A stretch of 64,000 nt of DNA from Trichoplax sp. H2. Its lineage: Eukaryota. Each line of letters begins with the position of its first letter. Position 1 is the stretch's first letter. The notes beneath the pieces were generated by a model that searched no databases, was not told the DNA's origin, and saw nothing but the letters and a program-made list of their open reading frames with translations. The DNA lies in contig NOWV01000153.1 of assembly GCA_003344405.1 (NCBI GenBank), forward strand, positions 62,001 to 126,000, given 5' to 3'. The translations under genes and the position numbers were made by a program. Shown here in pieces: positions 39,896 to 52,065 of the stretch.

Positions 39896-40573
39896 ACGTA
39901 CTATCATGAATTTGGGATATTTGGAGATTAATTGACTGATCATCATTATCATAGGTTATGGTCAAAATCGACAAATCTATATATATGACATATATACAGT
40001 ACTAGTTCTAGTCTTTAGCAACAGTAAATATTTAATTCATTTTGCCTGTTGGAGATGGCCTGTACTGTATAATGTTGCATATTAATAGATTGCATGTGGG
40101 AGATCACCTGTAGAATTATATTATTCTTGAACTCAATTATATCAGGACACGGTGATTTTTTCCAATGTCATATCTTTTCTGCTCGTTGTACATCAAGTTT
40201 TTGCTCAAATAAAGTCGATGCTTCTTCCCAAAAAGTTAATCAAGTAACCTTGTTGCAATTGTTGTGTACAGTATGTTAGTGGAGGCATGATGGAGGTGTG
40301 TTGTACTGTACGGTGTACCTTGTACGCTGTTCACTACAGTAGTACCCTGGTCACCGCACCTGTCTACTGTACACAGTATTGCACAGTAGACAGGTATGGA
40401 GCACTGATCTACAGAAGGCAGCACTGTAGATCTTCTGTAAGTTTGATGTAAATTGTTTACAGTCTGCATGAACTGCAATTGCATTGCAACCAAGTTGAGA
40501 TGCGTTGGAACATGATCAAAAATTGGATTTGCTAATGCCATATTAGTGCACTAGCTACTGTATTCAAAATTGC

Positions 40574-41293
40574 ATGATGTCGATGTTAAGTCAAGGATGT
40601 GAGCGACCAGCTAAGAGTAGTAAATTACGCTTGTATGGGACAAGGTTTGATGCTTACTGTGTCGGATTTCGCCTAATGCTTATGGCTAAGGGAGTTGATT
40701 TCGAATTTGCTTTGCTTGATATGATTAACAAGCCAGATTGGTTCAAAGAGGTCAACCCAACTGGTAGAGTACCTACTGTGGAATTTGGAGACGAAACGGT
40801 CGGAGAGACCTTGGTGATTTATGATCATATTGAAAATAAATTTCCAGAAAAACCCATGCGCCCAACTGATGCTTAGAAAAAAGCTAAAGATGCTGAATTA
40901 ATGTCGCGTTTCGCTGAGCATTTTGCACCTCACATCTATGGAATGGTTAGAGCCCCGAAGGACCATATAGATGCTGTCAAGTCCGGATTAGAGAAAGTGA
41001 ATAAAGTTTTACCTCATCGAGCAACTGATTACTTTGGTGGTTCCTCTCCCAATTTAGTTGATTTTTATATATGGGGTTGGGTAGGATTGCTACCACCTTT
41101 ACATAGAGTTCATAAACTAAAAGCAAACTACTCGGAGGGTCATCATAACCATTACTTGGCTTGGTTGTCTCGCATGAAAGAACGTCCTTTAGTTCTGGCT
41201 GAACGAAAGTACGTCAAAGTCGATGTGGATATCCAGACACAGTTTATACAATCTGCACTCGATGGAAAAGCAAATCACTTAATTGGGTATTAA
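40574..41293 (+). pseudogene. GSTO: Omega-class GST-like copy 6 with one in-frame TAG (null allele, young pseudogene or base-call error)
   Basis: ORFs 40574-40876 and 40901-41293 are in the same frame. TAG at 40874-40876 gives PTDA*KKAKD versus paralog PTDPYKKAQD (TAY->TAG). The 720-nt frame has no other lesion. Confidence 0.8.
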
Positions 41294-41423
41294 ACTTCAT
41301 TCTATTTTAGAGATTGTAACGAGCCTTCAGTACAGTAGTGTAGTTTAAAGGAGAGAATTTGCTTTTGTTTAAATTACTTTGGATCAATTTTGCTAATTTA
41401 ATATGATTAGCGGCTGTAGATCC

Positions 41424-41527
41424 ATTCTATAATTTTACATATTATTTATTTTTGTTAAGTTCATGCAGCGGAGAAATTCTATAACTTTACATATTAATTA
41501 TTTTTGTTACATTCGTGCTGCCAAGAA
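41424..41527. repeat. Diverged tandem duplication, 52-bp unit x2
   Basis: ATTCTATAAYTTTACATATTAWTTATTTTTGTTA... begins at both 41424 and 41476. Confidence 0.7.
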
Positions 41528-44052
41528 ATTAAATGTACGGTAATGTTTTACATACTGTAGATGTAAGTGATTGCTTTCAACAGTGCTGAAATTGATTGAT
41601 CTAGCTCACGTAGAACAACCCATGGAAGCATAGGCTATTAAAAAATAATTTTTTGCGATTTAAGGTATATTAGACTTATTTACTTAAAAGGTATATCGCA
41701 TTATTATAATATTGGACAGAGTCTGTGATCTTGTTTTAAGTTTTGATCCAATTTGCTCCTTAATCTCATAAAGACTTCTCTTAAAGTGTACAAACTACGT
41801 TAAGGTACAGTATTGCATAAAATATAAAAAAAAATTAATACTGTTGTAGATGATATAATTTAACTTTGGATAACTTGCATTGGTTTGCATTCTGAGATTT
41901 CCCGGATTTATAATCTGAATTTGGGATTTAGAGCATCACCTAAAATTTGATACAAACTCATGATAGCCAATATTGCACTGTGGAACAACGGAACTATATT
42001 CAGTATACTATTGCTCATTATTTGAGGACATTGTACACACGTATGAGCAATTATAAGTTCAATTTATGTTATTTCCGGGATCGTATAAGCACACGGACTA
42101 CAAATTTAACTAACATTAAATGATTTCAGAATCTGTGTTAAATTAAGTTTTGAGGTATGCATGTTCACTGTGTATTGTGCCGCATGTACGTTGCCTGGGA
42201 TCGTACTGTTCATATTAAATTAAATTAAATTTAATTTATTACGCATTGGACAAAAAGTATCAAAGGATATTACTGGCTTTATTGCATCAATTAGAAAATG
42301 ATTGCAGTTCAAAGTAAAATTGAGCTGCAATGGAGTTTACAGGTACGGCTTGTAAAAGTGTTTGATTATGCAAGCCTTCCAAGGATTGCCAGATTCTCCG
42401 ATAATTTTATAATACAGTATACTTAATCCATCCATACCTATATAGAGCTGGGTAATGGGCAGCTTCATTCGATTTATGCTAATGAGGTATAGCATACTTT
42501 TCGAGGATATTGATTTTAAAGAATACGCCATGAGACAGTCTTAAAGTTACCTATAGATTTTGCTGTTAATCGTGTTCTTCGCTACAGCAAACGCTACATA
42601 TTTGAAATGTTATTAACAGTGTTTAGTATGAACTTTGTACGCGCCCACTACAATGTTAATTTGATTAGCGCTTTGTCCTAGGATTGAGTTCTACAAAGAA
42701 AGAAATGGCAAAGTTTAAATGTATGATATGTGGCTTAATTTTTTAATAGTAGAAAAATGACTATCAATAACTAAAGGTATTTTTTCAGCATTATTTGAAT
42801 TAGGTAATTTGTAAGATTGCAATTTATTCAACGTACTAAGTGCACCATTGGTATACTATATGGCCGTTACTGTTTTTTACGATAAGAGACTTCATCAATG
42901 CCGTTGACTGAGGGCTGCAAATTACTGAACAACCAGAATTATGTAAAAAATTGAACTATCCAAGTGTATAACGAATTTCTAATATTACTATTTATTATTT
43001 TTCTTTTGTAAAAACTGATGTAATTCTCTTAAAGAATCTGCCACAATTAGGGGAAAATATCAGTGTTGATAGTGATCAATATAGTATTTAATCAATTGAC
43101 TCTACTTCTATGAGTATTGTACCTTTTAGTATCAGTGTTTTCTAAGTAAAAGTCCTGTATTTATGGGTCCTTTAACCACAACAATTCCAGTTATTATTAA
43201 TATTAACATTATTAATAGAGTTATTTACCGTTACTAGATTTAAACTATTTTTATAGAATCCATTCGCAACTGATGACGAAACACGGTATTAGCAGATGAA
43301 ATACTAATAATAATTAGTTTTGGACCCTCAAGCGGATTTCTGAATTCCGATCAAACTGCAAAATGGTAGCAGTAATTACGTAGCTTCATAATACTATAAT
43401 TCCACTATGTTTTAGATTTACACGATATCAATAGCAAGTAATGAAGACCTTTGCAGTAATTTTACTGGTATTCACCTCGATAAAGTTGATCTACCGTTAA
43501 TAATGCTCTAGAAGTTTAAGAATACATGCTTATTAATACTATATTCTGTAAAGTCTAGATTTACATTCCAACCATCAACGATTTTATAAACTATCATATT
43601 TAATTTACAATGTATCACTTTTACTGTCAATATTTTAAGATTGAATCAATATCAAGATGATTTCCTATTTCCTTTACAGCATAATCTATTGATTTAAGTG
43701 TCTAATATGTCAATAAATGCTTCAACCTCAAATCAATATGTTCATTAAATAGAATCACATATATAGTCATTAATCCGGTAATAGAAGGATAGAGCTGATA
43801 TAGTAATGGTATTTCAATGCCAGATGTTCATCCAGTAAATGACGTCAAAGATGACAATGGTCGGAATTTAGCTGATTGGAAGTTTCATGATCATAGTAAT
43901 GTCTCTATGAAGATGATTTATTAAAACTGATAAAACAGAGCTGATCTCACTTATTATAGCAGATGGTCTTGAATGCAACTCTAGGTGGCATATTGTTATG
44001 ATACATAAAGACAGCTGATAGTAGAGAAAATTTATATTTCTATTGCTGCATC

Positions 44053-47000
44053 ATGGCTTCCAGAAAGGTAAAAAATCATAGAATTTTATTTCAAGATAAA
44101 ATTGAAGATAACTCCTCTAAAAAATTCGGCACTGGGAAATATAATCGTAAAGCGCTAGATGCTATATTAAAATGTGAATTTTGGGTGGAAGAACAAATCA
44201 GAGAATTATATCACGTAGAGGTAAACTGACACGATATCACAATTCTATATTACATGATAATTATTGGTTTGTGCTGGTAAAATATAAACTGCTAAGGCAT
44301 AGAATTATTGTAAATTGAGGCATTTGAGGTTTTAAATGTTTGCTACTTCCACGGGCTATATTTTGTCATCATACTTCCTTGTAGGGCTGCTTAATGCAAC
44401 AAAGCACATTATTGTCATTATTATCATTACATTTAGGAAAAATTACGTTTTCTTAATTGCCCTAAATTTGGCTGATATTGCGGCACTAATATTCCTATTG
44501 GAAGCAAATTGTTAGATTTGAGCATTCGTACCAAATGTGATAATTAGTAGATTATTCGTCAAGCCATGCTATAATGAAAGGGGTTATGACATCTATTTAC
44601 GTGCAATTACTAACGAAACCAGAACATCCTAGTCAAACATTAGCTCCAGTTCTACAATTTCAATCAATTTGTACTACTCCTATATTAGCGATATTACCAA
44701 TAATCTAAGAATCTTATTTAATATTATCTTCAGAATTTAGTACTTCACCTGACCCAATAATATCTTTGCTTTTGATCTTAATCACCACGAATTACAAGTA
44801 GGGTTAATGTTCTAAGATAAATATTATTTATTATCGTTAATTGCCTTCATACAGTAATATAATAAATCAATAAGGAGTTTTTTGCTTCAGTTTAGCATCA
44901 TTAATTCTAGTATAATCTAATTAAAAGTAAATTTAATTTTCACACTATCTATTAAAAATCTGAGATTTCAGATTATGTTTAATTATATCTAGGACTACAA
45001 AGAATTACCTGTACATATTGATGTCTATGCTCTGATGGATATAACGGATTCAACCCGGCAGCGAAATGCAATCGAAGTAAGTGTATTCGTAAATGCAGTG
45101 TCATAAATAATGATCCACTATTAAGTATATTAATGTTTAAAAAAATTTTAATAGCCATTGCAGCAGGAAGGATATTTGGATAGATAATTATAATCATGGA
45201 GTTGGTACTAAATTTCAGCAGTTAAAGTTAAAATTAGTAGAGACTAAATCTAGCATCCTACCGATCATAGATTGATTTATGGAATACGGCTCTTGATTCA
45301 ACATAACTTATTAAGTCTAAATTTGTTAGTAATTAAAAAATTTTGCGATGACACCATTCCAGTTAGTACGAAAATATTGACAGCTTTCAAACCAACTCCG
45401 CATTAAAAGCCTAAGATTTGACAGCGATATATTTAAGAATGTTTTCTTATTGTAAAATGCTATCATGTACTCTCTGCAATTTGTTCTGTTTCTTTTAACT
45501 TTTTCCTAAAGATGTAAAAGTACAGTAATTGTTGTAGTCTTAAATCATCTTTTGATAATGAAAGCCAAACGAATTCTTTTGTAATAACAAGCTAGCAAGA
45601 CTTAATCATAATTTTAAATCTAAGCTTTTCTGAAAGTTTTTAAAACACAAATGAAAATCGAATTAATAGCATTTTAATCTAGTCAACATTTGCTATTAGC
45701 TATCAAACTACTAAGTAAAAATATAATGATGCTAACTAGAGGCAGTAAATTCCTATAGCATTGCTATTAATACCAGAAAATTGTTAAGTCCAATTATGTA
45801 CTGCATGTAGGTTATTTTCTCATATAATCAATAGTAGAGCACTGTCCATGGCACTACCTATATTGCACAAATAAAAAAATAGATTATAAATAATGGATCA
45901 TATACGACACTTTATGTAACGATCAACTAACGGCATTTAATAGTAGAGTGAAATTAGAGGATTTGATATGACAATATTTGATAATATGGCATCTAAATTG
46001 TTCTAATCATTCATTTCCCTACATTTATCTTACGACATTTTCCCCATTTCTGTTTAAAATAACTTTATTAAACAGTTATGTATCGACATAACAGCATGTA
46101 GCTAGGAGATTCTGATAGCCTTTGGTATATCAAATGATCAACGCAAAGTAATCAATATCTTCATTTTGAATAACTAGTTTGTATTTTGATTTATTAAGGA
46201 TAAGGAGGCTGAAGGTAGTTTAAAATTTTTTCTGACTTGTTTCAATGAGTCAGCTACATAGTATAAATATAAAGTATCTACCTGTATTTGCAATGTTAAA
46301 TTTATATAAAATCCTTTTCTGACACACTATGAAATTTCGCATATCGCATCATACGATCCAAAAGAGATACAAATTAAACTTAAGTTTTCTTTCGTGTTAT
46401 TTGTTAGTTTTAGGAACCTAAATTTTGTTTATTAACTTCTCTAGAAGCGTTTGTCTGAAGACAAGCTGGAAACAATTATTTTTCAATTTTTAATTGTTTC
46501 TTATTTTCTTATAGGCCCAACTCAGAAAATCGCCTTCCCCAAAGGAGGTAATGTTAAATTTATAACTATCACTGGACGGTATTAACGTACTGTCTATTTA
46601 ACGTCAATCTATGTAAATTTCAAAACGCTTCAATATTGATTTTGTGAAGCTGTTACTAGATATTGAATATTTACTTCCAGTATCTTTACGAAACTTAGCT
46701 ACATTATGTATAAGTCGATGACTAGAGATTAAATTATAGTCTATCATTAATTTTCGTAGAGATTATGTAGAGCCTTTCCTACCTCGCATAATTTTAACAT
46801 TTAGTTCTAATTAATTAAATATGAAATGGATTAGTTAAATTATTTGTACTAATAATTAAGTTACCAAATTGTCACACTCGATGTATTATATCAAGCTACA
46901 ATTTACATTAGTGATACTATGGGATTTCTGTAGAATCAGATAAACTAATATAAATAGTTTGCATTGCAGTTAAATTTAAATATAGCCATTTTGAAATTAA

Positions 47001-47261
47001 AGTAATCTTTAATATACTAGAAAAGTAGTAGTGACAAGAATAGATTCAGTAGGCTAATTAAGTCGTTAGAAAAGCAGCCTAAGGCGAGAATTCTTTGCTA
47101 CTGTCATGTAGATTTACAAGCGACAAGCCAATAGAAGTGAATTAAGCACTGAAAATAATAAGCTTTCACCAATACTAATTACTTTTATTTTTATGTTAAT
47201 CTAGAATTTCGTCAACGTTTTAATGGGTAAACTTGAAGAGTTACATCATTTAAATAACTGA
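44053..47261 (+). CDS. PPP1R14: Protein phosphatase 1 inhibitor, PPP1R14 (CPI-17/PHI-1/KEPI) family, 4 coding exons, 113 aa
   Basis: Exons 44053-44220 (MASRKVKNHRILFQDKIEDNSSKKFGTGKYNRKALDAILKCEFWVEEQIRELYHVE), 44993-45076 (DYKELPVHIDVYALMDITDSTRQRNAIE), 46515-46547 (AQLRKSPSPKE) and 47205-47261 (NFVNVLMGKLEELHHLNN*). All introns are phase-0 GT-AG. Matches the family pattern RVxF...T-x-KY-x-R..L...E-x-W......LY, IDxxxLxD and F(I/V)xxLxxKL, including a 33-nt third exon. Confidence 0.85.
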
Positions 47262-48465
47262 AACTAGAATTGACGTAAATGTTGCACCTTGCTTGTGGTT
47301 AAATTGGATATAATAATAGTAGAACCTTGTCATATCGTACAAATATATATTAGCCACATAAGATGACCGTAATTCAATAAACCTTAAGGAAGGCTAATCG
47401 ATGACTTCGATATACTTCATATGCAAAATGATTATTTTTGATTCGATTCGATTTGAATGTTTATTAATGACGTAAAACTGTATTCTATCCTGTCAACCCT
47501 TTATGAAAATTAATATTATTCTGGTTATAGATTGTAACAATCCGAATTTTGAGATTTAATGATCCTTTGCATTGTGTATAGTTATTACTATTTATTTGTA
47601 AAAGTGTCTTCAAATCCGCTGTTTTTCTAATAGCAACTGAAGAAACTTTTTCTGTAGGTTTTATAAATAAAATGCTGAATGATGTACTTATTATCCGTAA
47701 ATGTAAGTGTGTTATGGCTAGACTAAATGTGTAACTGTGTTGGTGTACATAGATATTTACTTTAGACTATTATACACTCTGAAACAGGGCCAATATTAGA
47801 CTGCAATTACCTCCATTATTTACTTCTCAAAGTGCCACTGTACTGTCTACCTGATGATAACGAACCTTAGTTATTATTATACAGTGTAAAAGTGTATGAC
47901 ATATGCATCTAAGTCTTGGGTATTTTATCCTAATTAACGGCATTTCTATCACTAACTGGTATTGCATTATACTCGCGTGGTAATCATTTCATAGAATAAT
48001 TTGAAAAATGAATCAAGATTAATAAAAGTAATGAATGCGTACAGCGCGGTTGACTTCCTGTATGAGCTGATGTACTATTTTAATCATATATCCTTGTAAG
48101 TGATTTTCATATTGATTTAACTGTCTATCTGTAGCTTGCGTATAACAAGTTACTGTGAATATACATATTTTAGTGAATATTTGCACGGCTACAGATAGGT
48201 AAACAGGTTTAATGATCAGATAGCACACTAAGAATACAGAAGCAGAGTGTACATTAGTTCAAATGTCTAAGGTATAATTTCAGTTTACTATGTGCAATTG
48301 TAAAATATCCACAAGCACAATCCTGGAAATAATCCATAGATCATCACGATGTATAATGTGAATGATGAAAAAATGTTGTTGGAGTCACAAAAATTTTGTC
48401 AGTACGAAGGTGATTTATTTTGCTTTGACTAAAAATCGCCAATTTAATAACTTGATTGTAAATCT

Positions 48466-48891
48466 TGTAGGAAAACAGATGCTATAGTAAAGGTAAAAAA
48501 GCCCCGATAATAAATGGTACGATAGCCATAGCAATGCGTTAGGGACTGGAGTTTCAAAGATATTGCATTTAAGGGTTGGATTAGTTGAAATTCGCTATTG
48601 ATTAAGTGCTGTAAAAATGCAAAACGCCTCGGTATGCAACATTAGCAGGTCTCAATAGCTATCGTCTGATTGGCTCGGAGTGACTCGAACGAGTCCTATT
48701 CAAGCATAACGCTGGGTATTGACATTTTCGATGTTGCTTTAAGAAGAATAGAGGCTGATTCTTTCGCAAGCAATTCCGTCTGAGATGTCGCTGTGTCTCT
48801 GAAACGTAGAACAGAATGAACTTTGTAAGTCTAATAAAAGAATGATTAACTTTGTTCTCAAAGGACTCTAGTGGGCCCACTGACGACTACA
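48466..48891 (+). mobile_element. Candidate solo LTR (426 bp)
   Basis: TGTAG...CTACA terminal inverted repeat, flanks ATCT/ATAT (3/4 match for a 4-bp TSD), GC-richer than surroundings. Reverse CCAAT 48669-48673, TATA-like TATTCAAG 48697-48704 and AATAAA 48833-48838 lie in LTR order. Confidence 0.5.
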
Positions 48892-49167
48892 ATATTATTA
48901 ATTAATAATATAACACGGATACTAGCAATAGTTATACAATTATCTAAATGTTAGCTTACGGCCAATGTCTGAAGTTGGGCGCTACGCGTATTGGCCAGTA
49001 TGCAGTATACAATATAGTATAATTTATCCGATTGAGTCATGCGCTTATACTGTACAATGTACATGTACCGCAGCAAGGGTTCCTCTACCAGTTAACCTTT
49101 AACCTTAACTAAGTACTGCAGTGTACAGTACTTTATACAGTAATTTACAGTAGCCTGTACTGTATAA

Positions 49168-49403
49168 AAATGACTCACATCAGCCAAAACTATCAAGACT
49201 TTAGTAGCCAATGATACGATGTATGCGTTCAGAAATCTGGAATAAATGACTCAAATCAGTCAAAATGATCAAGATTTCAGTAGCCAATGATACAATGTAT
49301 GCGTTCAGAAATCTGGAATAAATGACTCAAATCAGTCAAAATGATCAAGATTTGTGTAAGATTTTAGTAGCCAATGATATGCGGTCAGAGATCTGGAATA
49401 AAT
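49168..49403. repeat. Tandem repeat, 76-bp unit x3, each with TGACTCA and CCAAT
   Basis: TGACTCA at 49171, 49247 and 49323 (period 76). Each unit has TAGCCAATGA and TCTGGAATAAAT. Confidence 0.85.
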
Positions 49404-50595
49404 ACAGTACAGTACTGTACAGTACTGTAGACTGGACACTACAGTATATCATTTACAGTACAATGTACTGTCAATTCAGCTTCTTTTCCAAGCTATTGAA
49501 TGAATTTCTTTGGCTAATCACAGGCTGGTAATGAATCAATGGCGCAGCACTGATATGATAGAAGCGCTTTAAAATAAAAATAGTTTGACTTTATGCAGCA
49601 AGAATAAGACTGCTATAGCCAGATATTTAGAACTGAAGTTACGATAAGAATACCTCTTATTTGATCAATCGTTTATTCATCATGATTGAACCACCAAGTT
49701 GTTAAAACAACTTTTTCAAAAGACAAGAAACGAACATTGTTAGAAACTGCTATACTAAAGGTTGTGGTAAACGTCATTATAGGATACACGTATGTACGAA
49801 TATAGACACGATGACAAGTTCTCTTGTTTTCATCACTACTGAAAGTATATATTTGAAAAAAGAGTTGATCTTCAAGACCCAGTAATAGTAGACTTGCATA
49901 ATGAAATATTGCTTTGTCTTGGTAATTGCATGCCTTTAGCCAAAACTTGTCAATAAAATGATGACCAATGTTGATCAGTTTCGGTCACATACATTACAGA
50001 TACGTTTTCCTGTAGTTTTTAGGACATTGAATGCAACTCTTCATGGAAATTTGTTTACCGCCAACTTTGACATTAGAAGATCCAATTCTTTAAGATAGTA
50101 CTCGTATTATTCATATTTACTTCATTTGCTGCTTGTTGTGATAGTGAATTTCATTGAATGGATCAACTGTTATGATCAATGCATGAATAAGAATAATAAC
50201 AACACTATATCCAAAGGTAGTGTACAGTACCTTTATTGTCAGCCAACGTCAATGGTCAATGCCAAATAGAATAACATAATGCGATCACTATTTCATGTAA
50301 TCAAAAGATTTAATTAAAACTCAATCTTCCGCATAGGCTACAAGATAAGAATGCAATGATGAACAAGAATTTGATTGAAGCAGCAAGTTCTGAACCTACC
50401 AGATAACACATTTATGAAAGCTATACCGGATATAATAAATATAGTCGGGATATCTTGCTTTTTTGTAAAACTCGACTGTTCATTAGCCTTAAAGGACTCA
50501 ATTTCGCTACAAATAGATCGCATACTAGGTATCGCTGTGTTCATACACTATTTGGAAAGGATATTGATATCTTCTATATCTGAATAACCTGGATC

Positions 50596-52065
50596 ATGTG
50601 GCAAATGGTTCTTCTTAGCGCTATCGTTGGGCTTATAATTTATATGTTTTATACCCACTATATTCTGCCCTTGTATCACTTCAAAAGTAAAGATATACCA
50701 CACCCGAAGGCAAAAATTATTTTCGGTAATGTCCTAGATGATTGGTATCATGGCAGTCATGTAAATCAAATACGAAATATACAAAACTTTGGTCGTGTCT
50801 ATGGAACTTTGATTGGAACAGTTCCTATCATATGGATATCTGACCCTGACATGATTAAGGAAATAACTACTAAAAAGTTTCATTGCTTTGTTAATAGACA
50901 TCAAGACATTCCATTAACTATCGATGTACTATGCTACGGTATTGTCATTGCACGCGATGAGAGATGGAAACGTATCCGTCGAATTCTGTCTCCAACTTTT
51001 AGTACATCCAAATTAAAGCAGGCTCTAGTCGTAATTAATGATACCAGTCAGCAAGTCGTAGATAATTTGATTCATTCATTGTCATCAGAAGAATGCCATC
51101 AAACACAAGCTATCAATTACACCAAGATGTACACTACTGCTATTCTGAAATCAACTTTAGCAAATTCATTTGGCGTATATTCAGACATTACTAGAGATGG
51201 TAAACTTGGTAAGGCAATCCACACCATCTTTCATAATCAGGGTTCGGCGGTAATGTTAGCATCTATTTCGCCTTTTCTAACGAAGTATTTTGCTAAATTA
51301 ATACCTGGTACATTCGAAGCCTTCAATGTTTTAGATGATACTGTTAAGCAAGCAATTAGGGCTAGAAGAAAGGAAAATCCTTCGAACAGACGTAAAGATT
51401 TATTAAATCTGTTATTGGAATCACAAGATAGTGAAACATTAAGCGAAAAGGAAATATCTGCTCAGGCAACAACATTTCTTCTTGGAGGTTATGAATCGAC
51501 AAGAAATACATTAATTTTTGCAACATATTTAATTACTACTCATCCTGAAATTCAACAAAAGTTGATCGATGAAATTGATAGCTATTGTCCTGATCAAGAT
51601 TCATTAACTTATGACATTATATCTAAATTACCCTACTTAGATATGGTTGTTAGTGAAGTACTACGCTTATATCCCTCTTTTCCAGAAATTAGTCGTGATG
51701 TAGAGCAGGATGTTACTATCGCAGGAGTAAAATTATGCAAAGGTGATGCAATTAAGATTCCAGTGTATGGTATACATCGTGACAGTGAATTTTGGCCAAA
51801 TCCTGAAAAATTTTTACCGGAAAGGTTTAGTGCTGAATCGACCCAAAAACGTCATAATTGCTGTTACTTACCATTTGGACTAGGTCCTCGTTCGTGTATT
51901 GGTTTGAGGTTGGCGTTATTTACAATTAAAGTATTTCTAGTAAAGCAGTTGCAACAATTCGAATTTAAGGTTTGTGAACAAACTGTTACTTCTTTGGAGA
52001 TTGAAGCTAAGGCGTCGTTGTCGCCATTAAGCGATCTCTTTGTGCAAATAGTAAAAAGAAAATAA
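50596..52065 (+). CDS. Cytochrome P450, clan 3 (CYP3-like), intronless, 489 aa
   Basis: N-terminal membrane anchor, WKRIR (C-helix), LSPTFSTSKLK, I-helix GGYEST, K-helix EVLR, PERF and heme motif PFGLGPRSCIG. Confidence 0.95.
   Translation: MWQMVLLSAIVGLIIYMFYTHYILPLYHFKSKDIPHPKAKIIFGNVLDDWYHGSHVNQIRNIQNFGRVYGTLIGTVPIIWISDPDMIKEITTKKFHCFVNRHQDIPLTIDVLCYGIVIARDERWKRIRRILSPTFSTSKLKQALVVINDTSQQVVDNLIHSLSSEECHQTQAINYTKMYTTAILKSTLANSFGVYSDITRDGKLGKAIHTIFHNQGSAVMLASISPFLTKYFAKLIPGTFEAFNVLDDTVKQAIRARRKENPSNRRKDLLNLLLESQDSETLSEKEISAQATTFLLGGYESTRNTLIFATYLITTHPEIQQKLIDEIDSYCPDQDSLTYDIISKLPYLDMVVSEVLRLYPSFPEISRDVEQDVTIAGVKLCKGDAIKIPVYGIHRDSEFWPNPEKFLPERFSAESTQKRHNCCYLPFGLGPRSCIGLRLALFTIKVFLVKQLQQFEFKVCEQTVTSLEIEAKASLSPLSDLFVQIVKRK

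Noticed and set aside
30202-41293. Bacterial (SspA-like) horizontal origin of the Asp-GSTs
   Set aside because: The N-terminal LGKGS-x-x-P extension, RLY..RF motif and terminal GL are omega-class hallmarks, and TATA boxes are present. The Asp similarity to SspA is more likely convergent.
49168-49403. CRISPR-like array
   Set aside because: Whole 76-bp units repeat with no unique spacers, and the context is eukaryotic.
49840-50085. Protein-like but stop-riddled frame upstream of the first CYP
   Set aside because: Several stops and no identifiable family; cannot be supported without a search.
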